A stretch of 64,000 bases of DNA, from the NCBI RefSeq assembly GCF_009914755.1, contig NC_060937.1, one strand, 5' to 3'. This document shows, piece by piece, positions 25,319-63,280 of this stretch (positions within the stretch are counted from its first letter, which is position 1; each line of letters starts with the position of its first letter). The notes under the pieces are model-generated. The model saw nothing but the letters and a program-made list of their open reading frames with translations. It was not told where the DNA came from and did no database searches. Made by a program: the position numbers and the translations under genes. The stretch comes from the human T2T-CHM13v2.0 reference genome, Homo sapiens.

Positions 25319-25410
25319 GTTGAGCTCCTCCGCTGCCGCAGCCCAACGCTACTACTTGACCTCAACCGCCGCTGCAGCTGCGCACGCCCAACGACAGCCT
25401 CCCGCCGTGC
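25316..25410 (-). other. TUBA3C: TUBA3 exon 1 (5'UTR + ATG); TSS position approximate
   Basis: Minus strand reads ...GAGCTCAACATG|GTAAGG. An ATG-only first coding exon is typical of vertebrate alpha-tubulins. The leader is CpG-rich. Confidence 0.8.
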
Positions 25411-25959
25411 GCTGTCTGGGATTGGCCTGCTGGTGCCAGGCCACCATTGGTCCGGAGGTCCTGGGAGGCGGGCCAAGGCTCGGATCCTAGTTTTGATTGG
25501 CCGCTCTGCAAACCACGTAGTGGGGACGCCCTCTGATTGGATGCAGGATTGGCGGGAAGGCAGCAGGCTCAGAGAGGGCCCTCTGACTGGATGCAGGACT
25601 GGCGGGAAGGCAGTGGGGTCACAGGGCAGTGCGTGGGCTGAGACGTTTCCGGGGGTCCTCTGACCGGGGATGGAGCAGCTACTGCGTCTTTATAGGTGGA
25701 GGAACATTGCTTTGTAAGTAAGCTCCCAGCCTTGCAGTGGCTTGACCACGAACTTGTGCCGCTGCCTCCTCCCCAGTTGCCCCAGACCGGTTCCTCTGGA
25801 GGTGCCTTATTCAGATCTTTGCAAACATGGCCGCCTTTGAGAGGCCTTCACGGCATCTACCCAAGTCACAGCAGCACAGCAATCACCCCACCTTCCCACC
25901 CAGCACCCGGGAAGTGGCGGGATTCGATCACTTTTGTGATCTGAAAGGAAAAAGTGAGT

Positions 25960-27080
<1,121 letters not shown>

Positions 27081-27752
27081 CCTTTAGTGAGAGGGACTGG
27101 GTTTATGGCCACCAGGAAAGGGGAAGGCACAGCCCTGTCCTGGGAAGAGCAGAGTAGGGACACAATGCCCATTTTGGAGGAGTCTGGAACAGTCACCTGA
27201 TTCTTATTTATTTATTGCTTATTTATTTATTTTTTGGACACTGGTTCTCACCATGTTGACCAGGCTGGACTCAAAACCCCTGGGCTCAAGTGATCCTTAT
27301 GCCTCAGGCTTCCTTGTAGGCTGGGACTACAGGCGTGTAATTCTTCCCAGTTTGATTCTTCCATTTCTAAAGATCATCTTAACAGTGTATATTCAGTTCT
27401 GAGAAAAGGCCTGGAGGAGACGTGCTGGCTTACCCCCAGCTCATCACCAGGATGCAGCACCCTATCATGGCATCTCCCTAGAGGGTGGCCAAGCAGGCTC
27501 TTAACTTTCCCTCCTGAGAGGAGAGCAGAGAAGAGAGAGGGAGCTCCCCCAGTGGGATGGGACTCACGAGGTCCAGGAGTTGAGACTTTTCTGTGGGCTT
27601 TGGGGACCTCTGAACAGTGCAATCAGGTCTGCCCTTAGAAGGATGTTTTGGCACAAAGAGGAGGAGCAGGGAGGGAGATCTGTGGAGAGCCAGGGAAACC
27701 AGAGGAGGCCTCTTGCCTCCTGCCTCTTCTCCCCAGAAGGGTGAATCCTTCC

Positions 27753-28093
27753 ATCTTAGTCGGCTCCGGCTGCCCTAAAAAAATACCATCGACTGAGTAG
27801 CTTAAACAACAGAGTTTTATTTTCTCACAGTTCTGGAGGCTAAAAGTCCCAGAGGCCTCTTGTCCTGGCTGGCACACAGCCACCTTCTTACCATGTCCTC
27901 CCACAGGGTGGGGGAAGGCAGCACTCAAGCTCCCTGGTCTCTTATAAGGACACGAATCCTACTGGATCAGGGCCCACCCTTATGACCTCACATAATCATC
28001 ATCATTTCCTTATAGGCCCCATCCCCAAATACAGTCACATTGGGGATCGGAGCTTCAGTGTCTAATAATGGGGGGACACAGTTCAGTCCACAG
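27753..28093 (-). mobile_element. MLT1 (MaLR) LTR
   Basis: cttaaacaacagag...ttctcacagttctggaggct...ggatcagggcccacccttatgacctc...gggggacacagttcagtcc. Confidence 0.75.
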
Positions 28094-28171
28094 CCCTCCC
28101 CTTCCTCAGGGCTCCAACCACATCATGCACAGAACTCAGCTGTAGCCCATGTCACCCCATGCTCTTCAGTA

Positions 28172-28467
28172 CAGTCATGCGTCCCTCAGAGGCTGGGATA
28201 CGCTCTCAGAAAGCCATCATCAGGCAATTTCGTTGACGTGAGAACATCATAGAGTGTACTTAGACCAACCTACATGGAGCAGCCTACTGCCCACCTAGGC
28301 CACATGGTACAGCATATTGCCCCTCAGCTACAGACCTGTACAGTAAGGATTTGTGTATCTAAACATAGAAAAGCTACATGAAAAATAATGGTATTATAAT
28401 CTTATGGGGCCACTGTTGTATATGCTGTCTGCTGTTGTCCAAAACATCATTATGTGCCACATGACTG
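28172..28467. mobile_element. Tigger3a/MER7-type DNA transposon MITE
   Basis: Terminal inverted repeats CAGTCATG...CATGACTG after a TA; internal gaacatcatagagtgtactta...aaacatagaaaag. Confidence 0.75.
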
Positions 28468-29910
28468 CAATATTTATTTTTCTGATTATAAAAGTAACAC
28501 ATATTCCCAGTAGAGAGTGTGGAAAATTAGGAACAAAATATTTATTCTACTGTAAATAACAAAATAAAAATTGAGTCTTGGACGTGCCCATTTTTACTGT
28601 AAGTTATGATTCCATAACTGACTTGTAGTAAACAGTATTTCTGGCCCGTAAGTATTGCTGCTTTGTGTATTTTATTTAGTATACAGTACTAAAAAAAAAG
28701 TGTTGTCAATTATTAAATCCTTGCAGTAAGCCAGCTAACAAAGTTTACATATAGTCACTACACAGAAAGGAGCACAAATTATTTCCTCTTTTGCTCAGAT
28801 TCAAACAGGCTTGAGTGACAACTTGAGGACAAGGACACTTTGCCAAGATTTTACGCAGCGGCTGGCAGGGCCAGAGAGGCAGCATGGTGTGGCAGGAGAA
28901 TGAGGACCTGCGCAAGGTAGGTGGCTCAGTTCTGGGTGAGAAAGGCTTACGAGACTTTGCAGTTTTGTAAGGTTGAGTTCATACAGATGTTTAAAGACCT
29001 TCTTGGGACTCCTACTCATGGACTGTCCCTGCTGCATGCAGGACACCAGGGCCAAGCCTGGATCTAGGGACCAGCCGGGTGCTGCATAGCTCGTGTCAGC
29101 TGGCTGAGCTTGGCTCCCAGTCATGGCTGCCTACTAGCACCTTGCCTGCAGCAGGCACCCACTTCGCAGTCATCTGCCATCTCCAGTTCAACCCCACAAA
29201 GTAAGCAGCAACTCCCCCACCCCTGCCAATTTTGAATGAGGAACTATGTCTGTGTTATCTGCAGTGATACGCTGGGCCTGACACCAGTGACTCCCCCTTC
29301 TCTCTCCACCATGTGATGACAGGGAGCTGCAAAAAAGACCATTTGTTAAAATGTGGGTAATTCCCCCATAACTTCTTCATAAATTTGGTTTTTAGTAAGA
29401 TGTGTGAAACTTTATGTTCAAATGCCAGTATAGTAGTAATAACACAAGTAGGTTCTGTTTTCTAAAATACATTCATTTATACACTTAAGTCCTTGGACCT
29501 ATAGTTTGTGGTCTGTCCTCTAAAATGTGCCAGATTGTAAACCCAAATTGCTACTTAAGATCATCTGTGGTGTGATTCCCCTGCATGACTTGTCTGGGAC
29601 TGCAGTGTGGTCTGGGTGCTGTCTCATTGCTTAATGTAGTCACAATAACTCTGAGCCGGGCAGAGAGGCCTGGGGAGGCCTTTCCTCCCCATGCGGGAGC
29701 TGCCCTGCCAGCTTGCTCCACCTCTCCTCACTTCCAGTCACAGTCCAGCAGGTGTGACAGCGACTAAACAACCACATTGTTGACCAGATTGGCTGTGGGG
29801 AGGTCAGGGTCATCAGTGCAGCAAGTGGTAAGGTTGGGTTGTCAGTACAGCTGACCTCACGGTAAGTCCAACTGTGGCTCTCCACCCAGGGAGACTTTGA
29901 TTTAAATCTT

Positions 29911-30259
29911 TTTCTTCTTAATTTTCTTTTCTTTTCTTTGTTTTCTTTTCTCTTTTCTTTTCTTTTCTTTTCTTTCTTTCTTTTTCTTCCTTCATTCCTT
30001 CTTTCCTTCCTTCCTTCCTTTCTTCCTTCCTTCCTTCTTTTCTCTCTCTCTTTCCTTTCTGTCCTTTCTTTTCTTTCCTTTCCTTTCTTTCCTTTCCTTT
30101 CCTTCTTTCCTTCTTTTCTTCTTTCTTTCTTTTCTTTCTTGAGATGCGGTTTCACCATTGTGCCCAGGCACTGGTCTTGAACTCCTGGGCTCAAGTGAGC
30201 CTCCCACCTCAGCCTCCCAAACTGCTGCGATTATAAGCATGACCCACTGTGCCTGGTCC
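29911..30259 (-). repeat. Alu monomer (FLAM-like, ~30140-30259) with its tail expanded into a ~230-bp (TTTC/TTCC)n tract; 12-bp TSD GATTTAAATCTT
   Basis: TSD at 29899-29910 and 30260-30271; almost pure pyrimidine tract. Confidence 0.8.
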
Positions 30260-30274
30260 GATTTAAATCTTAAG

Positions 30275-30277
<3 letters not shown>

Positions 30278-30320
<43 letters not shown>
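30278..30320. repeat. (TG)n microsatellite, ~21 units
   Basis: Directly visible. Confidence 0.95.
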
Positions 30321-30322
<2 letters not shown>

Positions 30323-31046
30323 TTATGTTTCCGTTTATGTTTAAGTAACTAGATTGAGCGCCCAAATGCTTTATTCACCTTTGCAATTGTGTAGATGACA
30401 TCAGGCAGAGGTTGACGTTACAGAGCCAGGTGTCCTGCTGTAAGCTATTCCATGCAGTTGCAGGGTCTTGCTTGGTGTGGAGTTGGTGCTCATCACCTGA
30501 GCCCAGGTGGTCTTCCCATTGAATGTTTGGCTGGGGTGAGGTGACCACAGGGCTTTTTCCAAGCAGGGGATTTCTCCGATCTTTGGCTTTAATCTGTAAC
30601 CAGCATTGGCTGTCACTTGTAACTCTTTAATATAGTGTAAGACTAAACCTTCCAGGCCTTTGTTAAGCAAACATAAAACATCTATAATTGTGATTTTTTT
30701 TTTCAGCAATTGGTTGAAGCCTCAGAGTTATTGAAATCCCAGGCCAAAGAACTCAAAGATGCCCATCAGCAGCAAAAGCTGGCCCTGCAGGACTTCTTGG
30801 AGCTCTGTGAGCTGGTAGCAGAGCTCTGCTCCCAGAAGCAGAAGGTGTGGGACAAGGAGGGGGAGATGGAGGTGGCCATGCAGAAAGTCAACACGATGTG
30901 GCAGGAGAGCTGAAGATCCAAGAAGCTCAGAAAGAGGAAGCTATTTATATGGTTCAGTGATGGTATTGATTGGACTTTTTAAAATGTTTCATTATTACAC
31001 TTTAAGTTCTGGGGTACTTTGTATGACCTTAATAAAACATCTTTGA

Positions 31047-32275
<1,229 letters not shown>

Positions 32276-33684
32276 ACTGCATACTACATAGAGATACAAG
32301 CATATGTACTAAAGGTATGAAGTATGATGATTATAAACCCTAGTTTCATGGTGGTGTTTATCTGTCTGTGGGGAGGTCAATATGCAGCCTGGGACTGGGT
32401 CCCCAGAGGGCTTCCAATGTACTGATAATGTTTTATTTCTTCCATTGGATGGTGGATGCACAGTAGTTCATTGAATTTTTCTATATCCCTTGTGTACATT
32501 TTAAATATTTCACATTATTTCCAAATAAATATTGAATTACTTATAAAATGAAAAGCAAAAAGAGGAAGCAATAAAGGGAACTCCAATTTGGATTTATTGT
32601 TGATCTATGAAGATGAATTGTGTAAGAATCTTGGCAGAAAGGAAAATTTCAGAACAGATTCATGGTGCTGACCATATGTACATATACCCTAGACTTTGGG
32701 GAAAGAAATTTTAAAAAAGAAAATATGTAAGAGTTACATTGACAGAGACTCAAATTTAAATTATAAGTATTCAAGTCCAAGGGATGTAAAATCCAACCAA
32801 GTGGTCGACACACAGCCCTTCTCCAGTGCCCCTAACCACCCCTGGGGGTTTGTGCAGAGCTTGGATTTTACAGGCCCTCTTCATAAGGTGGAAACAGGGC
32901 ATCACCAAAAAGAAGCAAAACAGAGGCAGGAGCTATAGAGCAAGAAGACTAAGCCGAGAATAAGCTGATGCTCGCCAGAATACTGGAGCCCACAGAACAT
33001 CCCTGCAGAGCAGAAAGCCTCCTTAAAGGCCCTGGCACCTGCCCGGGGTGTGGGAAGGTCTGGTGACCTCCAGTAGCTCACAGAGGCTGAGAGTGATCAC
33101 CTGGCTCCTGGTGGCCCCTGGGGAGCTCTCCCAGCAGGAGAGAGAGCAGAGTCTTCAAAAGCCCGTCACCAGCCAGCTGGCCTGAGAGACAGCAGTTCCT
33201 GAGTGGCTGTCTGCTTTCAGGAACTCAGATCAGAGGGCACGGAAGGAACTCACAGCAGGATCACACTGCTGTCATCTGGATACCAAGGACCAGGACATGG
33301 GCCAGGAAGCTGGTGTCTGGCAAGTGTCATTTTGTTTCAAAACAGGCAAATAAAAAGAATGTCAAAAATTTGATTTTAATTTTTTGGCAGAAGCCTTTCT
33401 CCCTTCCTCCTGTCCTTTTTTCCTCTTCCTTCTTTCCCTCCTCCCTTCCTGTCATCCTTCCTTTTTCCCCTTCTCATTCCCTTCCATCAGCACTTTCTGT
33501 GCCCAGAAAATGACAGCAAGCTGCCATGCACCACTGTGCGAGTCCTCTTGCTCCTTGCATTGTCAGCTGCATTTCCATATCATGTATCTAGACTCCCAAT
33601 TATAGGCCCAGTGCTGTTTTTCTTTATTATCTCCAGTGTCTGGCACAGTGCTAGTCATGAAATACACTTTCCGAATATGTTTGT

Positions 33685-33748
33685 GGAAGGGAGGGAGGGA
33701 GGGAGGAAGGAAGGAAGGAAGGAAGGAAGGAAGGAAGGAAGGAAGGAA
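33685..33748 (+). repeat. (GGGA)n(GGAA)11 microsatellite
   Basis: GGAA x11 at 33705-33748. Confidence 0.92.
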
Positions 33749-34189
33749 GCAACCAACCAACCCTCCTGGGGTTAACGCTGCCTGTGCTCCCTGAAATTCA
33801 TGAGGCTATGAATAAAGAATGAGGACCCCCTGTTCCCCACCCTCCCAGCCTTGTGGTGGTGGCTGGGTGTGCAGGGATGGAGGCTGTGTCTTTTGCAAAG
33901 TGTCCTCCACCCAAGGGCAAAAACTACATCATAAGTCAAAACCAGCAGGGGGGCCTCCCGAGCCATCAGTGCACGTAGCTCCATACAGTGCTCTGTGAAT
34001 GCACTTCTGCATGTGTGCAGGTGCATGCAATGGAATCCATTTGATGCTATGAAGGGTGGTAACATTTGAAAAGGGATGAAGGGGAAGGAGAAGAAACACC
34101 TGTACTCCTTTGTAGAAGAAGCACCCTGCTTCCTTTGTAGGGGTAGTTTCAGAGGAGGCTGCTCAAACTGAAGGTTTAAAGAAGATCCA

Positions 34190-42414
<8,225 letters not shown>

Positions 42415-42650
42415 TGAAAGGAGGGGCATATCAACAAAGGATCGAAGATGAGGACAGACAGAGGCTTAGATGTTGGGAAGGTGAAGGGGATCCACAGTGA
42501 TGAGATTCCATGTTGTCAGGGTATATGAGGCTAGGTCACAGATGGCGGTGATGATGGAGGAGGGCCTGAAAGCAGGCTACTGCAGGGAGGAAAAAGTATG
42601 AGTTATCTCAATGAATAGGAAATTACACCAATTCAATCAATATAGCATGG

Positions 42651-42838
42651 TGTTATGAGCTGAACTGTGTCCCACAAAATTCTATAATATGTTGAAGTCC
42701 TAACCTCCATCACCTCAGAATGTAACTGTCTTTGGAAATAGGTCTTTAAAGGAGGTAATTAAGTTAAAATTAGACAGTTGTGGTGGCCCTTAATTGAATA
42801 TGGTTGGTAGCCTTTTAAGAGGAAATTTGGAAATACAG
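42651..42838 (+). mobile_element. MLT1 LTR 5' fragment
   Basis: tgttatgagctgaactgtgtccc...gttgaagtcctaacc...tttggaaataggtcttt. Confidence 0.7.
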
Positions 42839-45193
42839 ATTTTTTATTTATACAGATCTTTATTTTTATATCTACCACTTTTAAGCAGATGATATTCAAA
42901 AATCTTCCTTGGTATACTGATTCACAAGAAAAAAACATTGACTGAACCAGCCACAAAGTTTAACTATACAAAAACACTAAAAACACGGAATAACTGGGAG
43001 TTCAGAGATGCTCCACTTGACTGTCACTCAGAAGCTGACTGCTCCCAGCGTAAACTTGGTAAAGCCGGAACAAGGATTTTCTTGATGCTGGGAAAAAGTT
43101 GTGTAGAACTCTGTTCTTGGTGCCAGAGTTGAGCCTGGACACTAGGATGTTCAGGAGATTAAGACATCTTTTTGTGCACTGGCCTTCAAGTGTTCTTGAA
43201 TGAATCATACAGAATTTCACAGCCTTGGCAAAGGTACCTTGGTTTAACATCAAAGGATTAAGTTTCTCCCAATCATATTTCAGCTTTGAAGTGAAATACA
43301 ATGCTAAAAATTACCTGAGAATTATATGAATAAAATATAGATGACGGGAAAGGTAGATTTAAGTGCAATAGATATCACTGAAAAACTGTAATCAATGTTA
43401 AAACTCCCCATACCCCAATTAATGTCACAAATTAAAGCAAATCCCACTCTCCATCACCTCATACTTATGAGAAACATGAGAATAGTCTTTGACTATTATT
43501 TTACAATCTCCAAATCGTTTTCAAAGAACTGCCAAAAACAAAAGCCTATGAATACCGCAAATTTTAGAAAATAGTTCCATCCACACTGTGTATCAAAAAA
43601 AATAGCAGAACATGAAAGAGTACGTATGAAAATTTTAATTAGCATAAAAAAATGCATCAATTATGCTTTACAACCAACTGCTTTTATGCAAAATTTAAAT
43701 TGTTTCTTTCCAAACTATACCTTCCAGCAAAACAGACACTACTATTTACATACTGTTTATTTTAAAATAGCATATTATCTTTCAGAAAGGTGCTGAAAGC
43801 ATGATATAGCAAACCATAGTGATGTTTTATGAGAAATAGCTATGCTATGATCAGTGTCTGATGAATTACATTTGTGGTATGAGTCATATATGATTCCTTA
43901 AATGTAATTTTAAATAAACATGACCAACATACACATTTTTAAATATAGTTATGACTTTGTTTTGCAATAAACATTATAATGTGATAAAATCAGTTTCTCC
44001 CTAGTATTGAAAATCAAAATAGGTATTTGATAGTAAAGGGAGCTAATCAGATTCCAATGACTCTAGCCATTCTCAAGTAATTATCTGCTTTTTAAAATCA
44101 CCTCTTGAACTGTACTCCTTGGATGTCTCAGCATTATCTTGAAAAAAAAAAAAACAAACAATAAAAAAAAAACCACCGCCATTCCTTGAAGACAAATGGT
44201 CCTAACCCATCAGACAAGTTTTACTGGAGAAATGTCCAAACTTTGGGGAAATATTTACAACAATGCAGAGTCAAGCCATCTTTTAATACTTCTAGAAACC
44301 TACAATCTCAAGAAATGCCTAATTCACCACAAATCACACAACAAATCTTCACTTAACATCCAACCCAACAGTATTGTTTTATTTTAAAGAATGTTTAACA
44401 CTAACTGTATGATAATAATTGGATAAGGTCTAGATATTGAAACCAAATAAATAATGGCAGATATGTTTAATACTAGAAATTATTTTTTATAAGCAAAAGA
44501 GATTTGCCTTCAAACAGTTTTTTTCAAGATGAAAAAGATTTATTTGGAAAAATCAGCACAGGACAAAGATATCCTTAATAATCTGTCTCAGAATACCTGA
44601 ATATTCAGAATCTATATGAAATGTAGCTGGAAATTCTGATTTCACAGAACATCAGTGGTTTATACAAATTAAACTCCCATACCCTCCCACTCCCACATAT
44701 ACTACTCTATCTACCCCTTATTGACATTAGCTTTCATTAATTAAGCTTCTATCTTTAGTGCTACTTGCGCAAATTAAAAAGCAAAATCATTTTCATTTTT
44801 AGTGATAGGATTAGTTAAAGCAACCAAAGCATTACTGTTACAGCAAAGTTTAGTAAGACCGTAAGAGAATACCACTAATAACAGTTTTAAATTATCCAAA
44901 ATGATTTCTTTATTGAGATTAAGTAACTACATAGATTTCACAATACTATGGAATACTTATATTTAGCTAAAGTCACAAACACATTTCAACATTCAAAATG
45001 ATGAGCATCATTACCATTCTAATCTACAAAGCTCATGAATAAAGAAAAATACAAAAACCTCAAGTTTTACAAAAAAAAAAACTTTTAAGTCTACATACAT
45101 TAACAATAAAACCATTTCTTCCAGATAACAGGTAAAAGTATAAAGGCATACCACTGACTTTTTTTTTCTGGGTAGCCAGGAATGAACGAATGT

Positions 45194-45379
45194 TTAATAT
45201 CTACGACGCTTATTAGGGCCTTCAAAGTTGCCCCCTTGACTTCCTCTACCAAAGCCACCAGGACCACCACTCACAGGACCTACACCACTCACTGGTGCTT
45301 GAGGGGTTTCAGAACCTGTTCTACTCCCCATAGGTGAACCCATCTGAGATGGTGGTCCTTGAGGAAATCTGTCATTGTG
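45194..45379 (-). pseudogene. PSPC1-copy last coding exon (61 codons + TAA), frame open
   Basis: tcatag|CAC AAT GAC AGA TTT CCT ... AAG CGT CGT AGA TAT TAA; AATAAA downstream at 44909-44914 (minus strand). Confidence 0.9.
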
Positions 45380-45679
45380 CTATGATACCACACAATAAGG
45401 AATAGAATATGAAGTCCATTTGGAACACGCCAAATATAAGTGACAAGAAAAATTGGCAAAATCCCAAGTGGTGGTGTCATGAAGTTCGGCAGAAAGTCCA
45501 GCAGAATCAGGATCACACATAGAAGGAAGAAAGGAGCAATTTAATTAGTTACTATGTTTTTTTAAAAAAATGCAGCATCTGAAGATTTATATATTGCTAA
45601 TGCTATGCCCAATTTCAAGAACAAAGAACTGATTTCGTGACAGAAGCAAATGTAATCTTAAGCCTAAACAATATTATAA

Positions 45680-56280
<10,601 letters not shown>

Positions 56281-56389
56281 CTGCTCCTAAGAATTTTATT
56301 TGTAATGCATACACCTGAGAGCATTTTCAAGATTACCAGTTTCAATTGTCAGGTGTAAACTCACTCTGAAGAGGTGCTTTTAAAACCTA

Positions 56390-60440
<4,051 letters not shown>

Positions 60441-60446
60441 GACCTC

Positions 60447-63280
60447 GAGTTTCTTAATCCTGAGTTCTAGTTTGATTGCACTGTGGTCTGAGAGACAGTT
60501 TGTCAAATTTCTGTTCTTTTACCTTTGCTGAGGAGTGCTTTACTTCCAACTATGTGGTCAATATTGCAATAGGTGTGGTGTGGTGCTGAAAAATATGTAT
60601 ATTCTGTTGATTTGGGGTGGAGAGTTCTGTACATCTCTATTAGGTCTGCCTGGTGCAGAGCTGAGTTCAATTCCTGGATATCCTTGTTAACTTTCTGTCT
60701 CGTTGATCTGTCTAATGTTGACAGTGGGGTGTTAAAGTCTCCCATTATTATTGTGTGGGAGTCTAAGTCTCTTTGTAGGTCTCTAAGGACTTGCTTTATG
60801 AATCTGGGTGCTCCTGTATTGGGTGCATATATTTTTAGGATAGTTAGCTCTTCTTGTTGAATTGATCCCTTTACCATTATGTAATGGCCTTCTTTGTCTC
60901 TTTTGGTCTTTGTTGGTTTAAAGTCTGTTTTATCAGAGACTAGGATTGCAACCCCTGCCTTTTTTTGTTTTCCATTTGCTTGGTAGATCTTCCTCCATCC
61001 CTTTATTTTGAGCCTATGTGTGTCTCTGCAAGTGAGATGAGTTTCCTGAATACAGCATACTGATGGGTCTTGACTTTTTATCTAATTTGCCAGTCTGTGT
61101 CTTTTAATTGGAGCATTTAGCCCATTTACGTTTAAGGTTAATATTGTTATGTGTGAATTTGATCCTGTCATTATGATGTTAGCTGGTTATTTTGCTCTTT
61201 AGCTGATGCAATTTCTTCCTTGCCTCGATGGTCTTTACAATTTGGCATGTTTTTGCAGTGGCTGATACCGGTTGTTCCTTTCCATGTTTAGTGCTTCCTT
61301 CAGGAGCTCTTTTAGGGCAGGCCTGGTGGTGACAAAATCTCTCAGCATTTGCTTGTCTGTAAAGTATTTTATTTCTCCTTCACTTATGAAGCTTAGTTTG
61401 GCTGGATATGAAATTCTGGGTTGAAAATTCTTTTCTTTAAGAATGTTGAATTTTGGCCCCCACTCTCTTCTGGCTTGTAGAGTTTCTCCCAGGAGGATCA
61501 GCTGTTAGTCTTATGGGCTTCCCTTTGTGGGTAACCTGACCTTTCTCTCTGGCTGCCCTTAACATTTTTTCCTTCATTTCAACTTTGGTGAATCTGACAA
61601 TCATGTGTATTGGAATTGCTCTTCTCGAAGAGTATCTTTGTGGAGTTCTCTGTATTTCCTGAATCTGAATGTTGGCCTGCCTTGCTAGATTGGGGAAGTT
61701 CTCCTGGATAATATCCTGCAGAGTGTTTTCCAACTTGGTTCCATTCTCCCCATCATTTTCAGGTACACCAATCCGACGTAGATTTGCCCTTTTCACATAG
61801 TCCCATATTTCTTGGAGGCTTTGTTCATTTCTTTCTATTCTTTTTTCTCTAAACTTCTCTTCTTGCTTCATTTCATTCATTTGATCTTCCATCACTGATA
61901 TCCTTTCTTCCAGTTGATCAATTCGGCTACTGAGGCTTGTGCATTCATCACATAGTTCTCGTGCCTTGGTTTTCAGCTCCATCAGGTCCTTTAAGGACTT
62001 CTCTGCATTGGTTATTCTAGTTAGCCATTCGTCCAATCTTTTTTTAAGGTTTTTAACTTCTTTGCCGTGGGTTCAAACTTCTTCCTTTAGCTCAGAGTAA
62101 TTTGATCGTCTGAAGCCTTCTTCTCTCAACTCGTCAAAGTCATTCTCCATCCAGCTTTGTTCCATTGCTGGTGAGGAGCTGCATTCCTTTGGAGGAAGAG
62201 AGGCACTCTGATTTTTAGAATTTTCAGTTTTTCTGCTCTGTTTTTTCCCCATCTTTGTGGTTTTATCTACCTTTGGTCTTTGATGATGGTGACATACAGA
62301 TGGGGTTTTGGTGTGGATGTCCTTTCTGTTTGTTAGTTTTCCTTCTAACATTCAGGACCCTCAGCTGCAGGTCTGTTGGAGTTTGCTGGAGGTCCACTCC
62401 AGACCCTGTTTGCCTGGGTATCAGCAGCAGAAGCTGCAGAACAGCGGATATTGGTGCACAGCAAATGTTGCTGCCTGATCGTTCCTCTGAAAGTTTTGTC
62501 TGAGAGGAGAACCTGGCCGTGTGAGGTGTCAGTCTGCCCCTACTGGGGAGTGCCTCCCAGTTAGGCTACTCGGGGGTCAGGGACCCACTTGAGGAGGCAG
62601 TCTGTCCATTCTCAGATCTCAAGCTGCGTGCTGGGAGAACCACTGCTCTCTTCAAAGCTGTCAGACAGGGACATTTAAGTCTGCAGAGGTTTCTGCTGCC
62701 TTTTGCTTGGCTATGCCCTGCCCCCAGAGGTGGAGTCTACAGAGGCAGGCAGGCCTCCTTGAGCTGCAGTGGGCTCCACCCAGTTCGAATTTCCCAGCCG
62801 CTTTGTTTACCTACTCGAGCCTCGGCATTCATGGGCGCCCCTCCCCGAGACTCGCAGCTGCCTTGCAGTTTGATCTCAGACTGCTGTGCTAGCAATGAGC
62901 GAGGCTCCGTGGGCGTAGGACCCTCCGAGCCAGGTGGGGAATATAATCTCCTGGTGTGCCATTTGCTAAGACCGTAGGAAAAGCGCAGTATTAGGGTGGG
63001 AGTGACCCGATTTTCCAGGTGCCGTCTGTCACCCCTCTCCTTGGCTAGGATAGGGAATTCCCTGACCCCTTGTGCTTCCCGGGTGAGGCCATGCCTCGCC
63101 CTGCTTCAGCTCATGCTTGATGCGCTGCACCCACTGTCCTGCACCCACTGTCTGACAATCCCCAGTGAGATGAATCCGGTACCTCAGTTGGAAATGCAGA
63201 AATCATTCGTCTTCTGCGTCGCTCATGCTGGGAGCTGTAGAATGGAGCTGTTCCTATTCGGCCATCTTGGCTCCACCCTC
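60447..63280 (-). mobile_element. L1PA element (older, L1PA4/5-like) with 5'UTR, broken ORF1 and partial ORF2 endonuclease
   Basis: 5' end GAGGGTGGAGCCAAGATGGCCG at 63280. ORF1 MGKKQSRKTENSK begins at 62252. The EN fragment ends at ...AGGATTAAGAAACTC (60447). Confidence 0.92.

Larger units (their letters stand above)
28799..30936 (+). pseudogene. Two-exon unprocessed relic of the CDC42BPB (MRCK-beta) coiled-coil region; exons 28799-28916 and 30707-~30936
   Basis: Exon A: gctcag|AT TCA AAC AGG CTT GAG TGA CAA CTT GAG GAC (DSNRLE*QLED vs MRCKb DSNRLERQLED), ending CAAG|gtaggt. Exon B: tttcag|[30 protein letters not shown] (vs [30 protein letters not shown]). Stops and indels are present. Confidence 0.8.

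Noticed and set aside
29640-30240. K/E/R-rich 184-aa and F/L/S-rich ORFs
   Set aside because: Translations of the (TTTC/TTCC)n tract and Alu monomer, not genes
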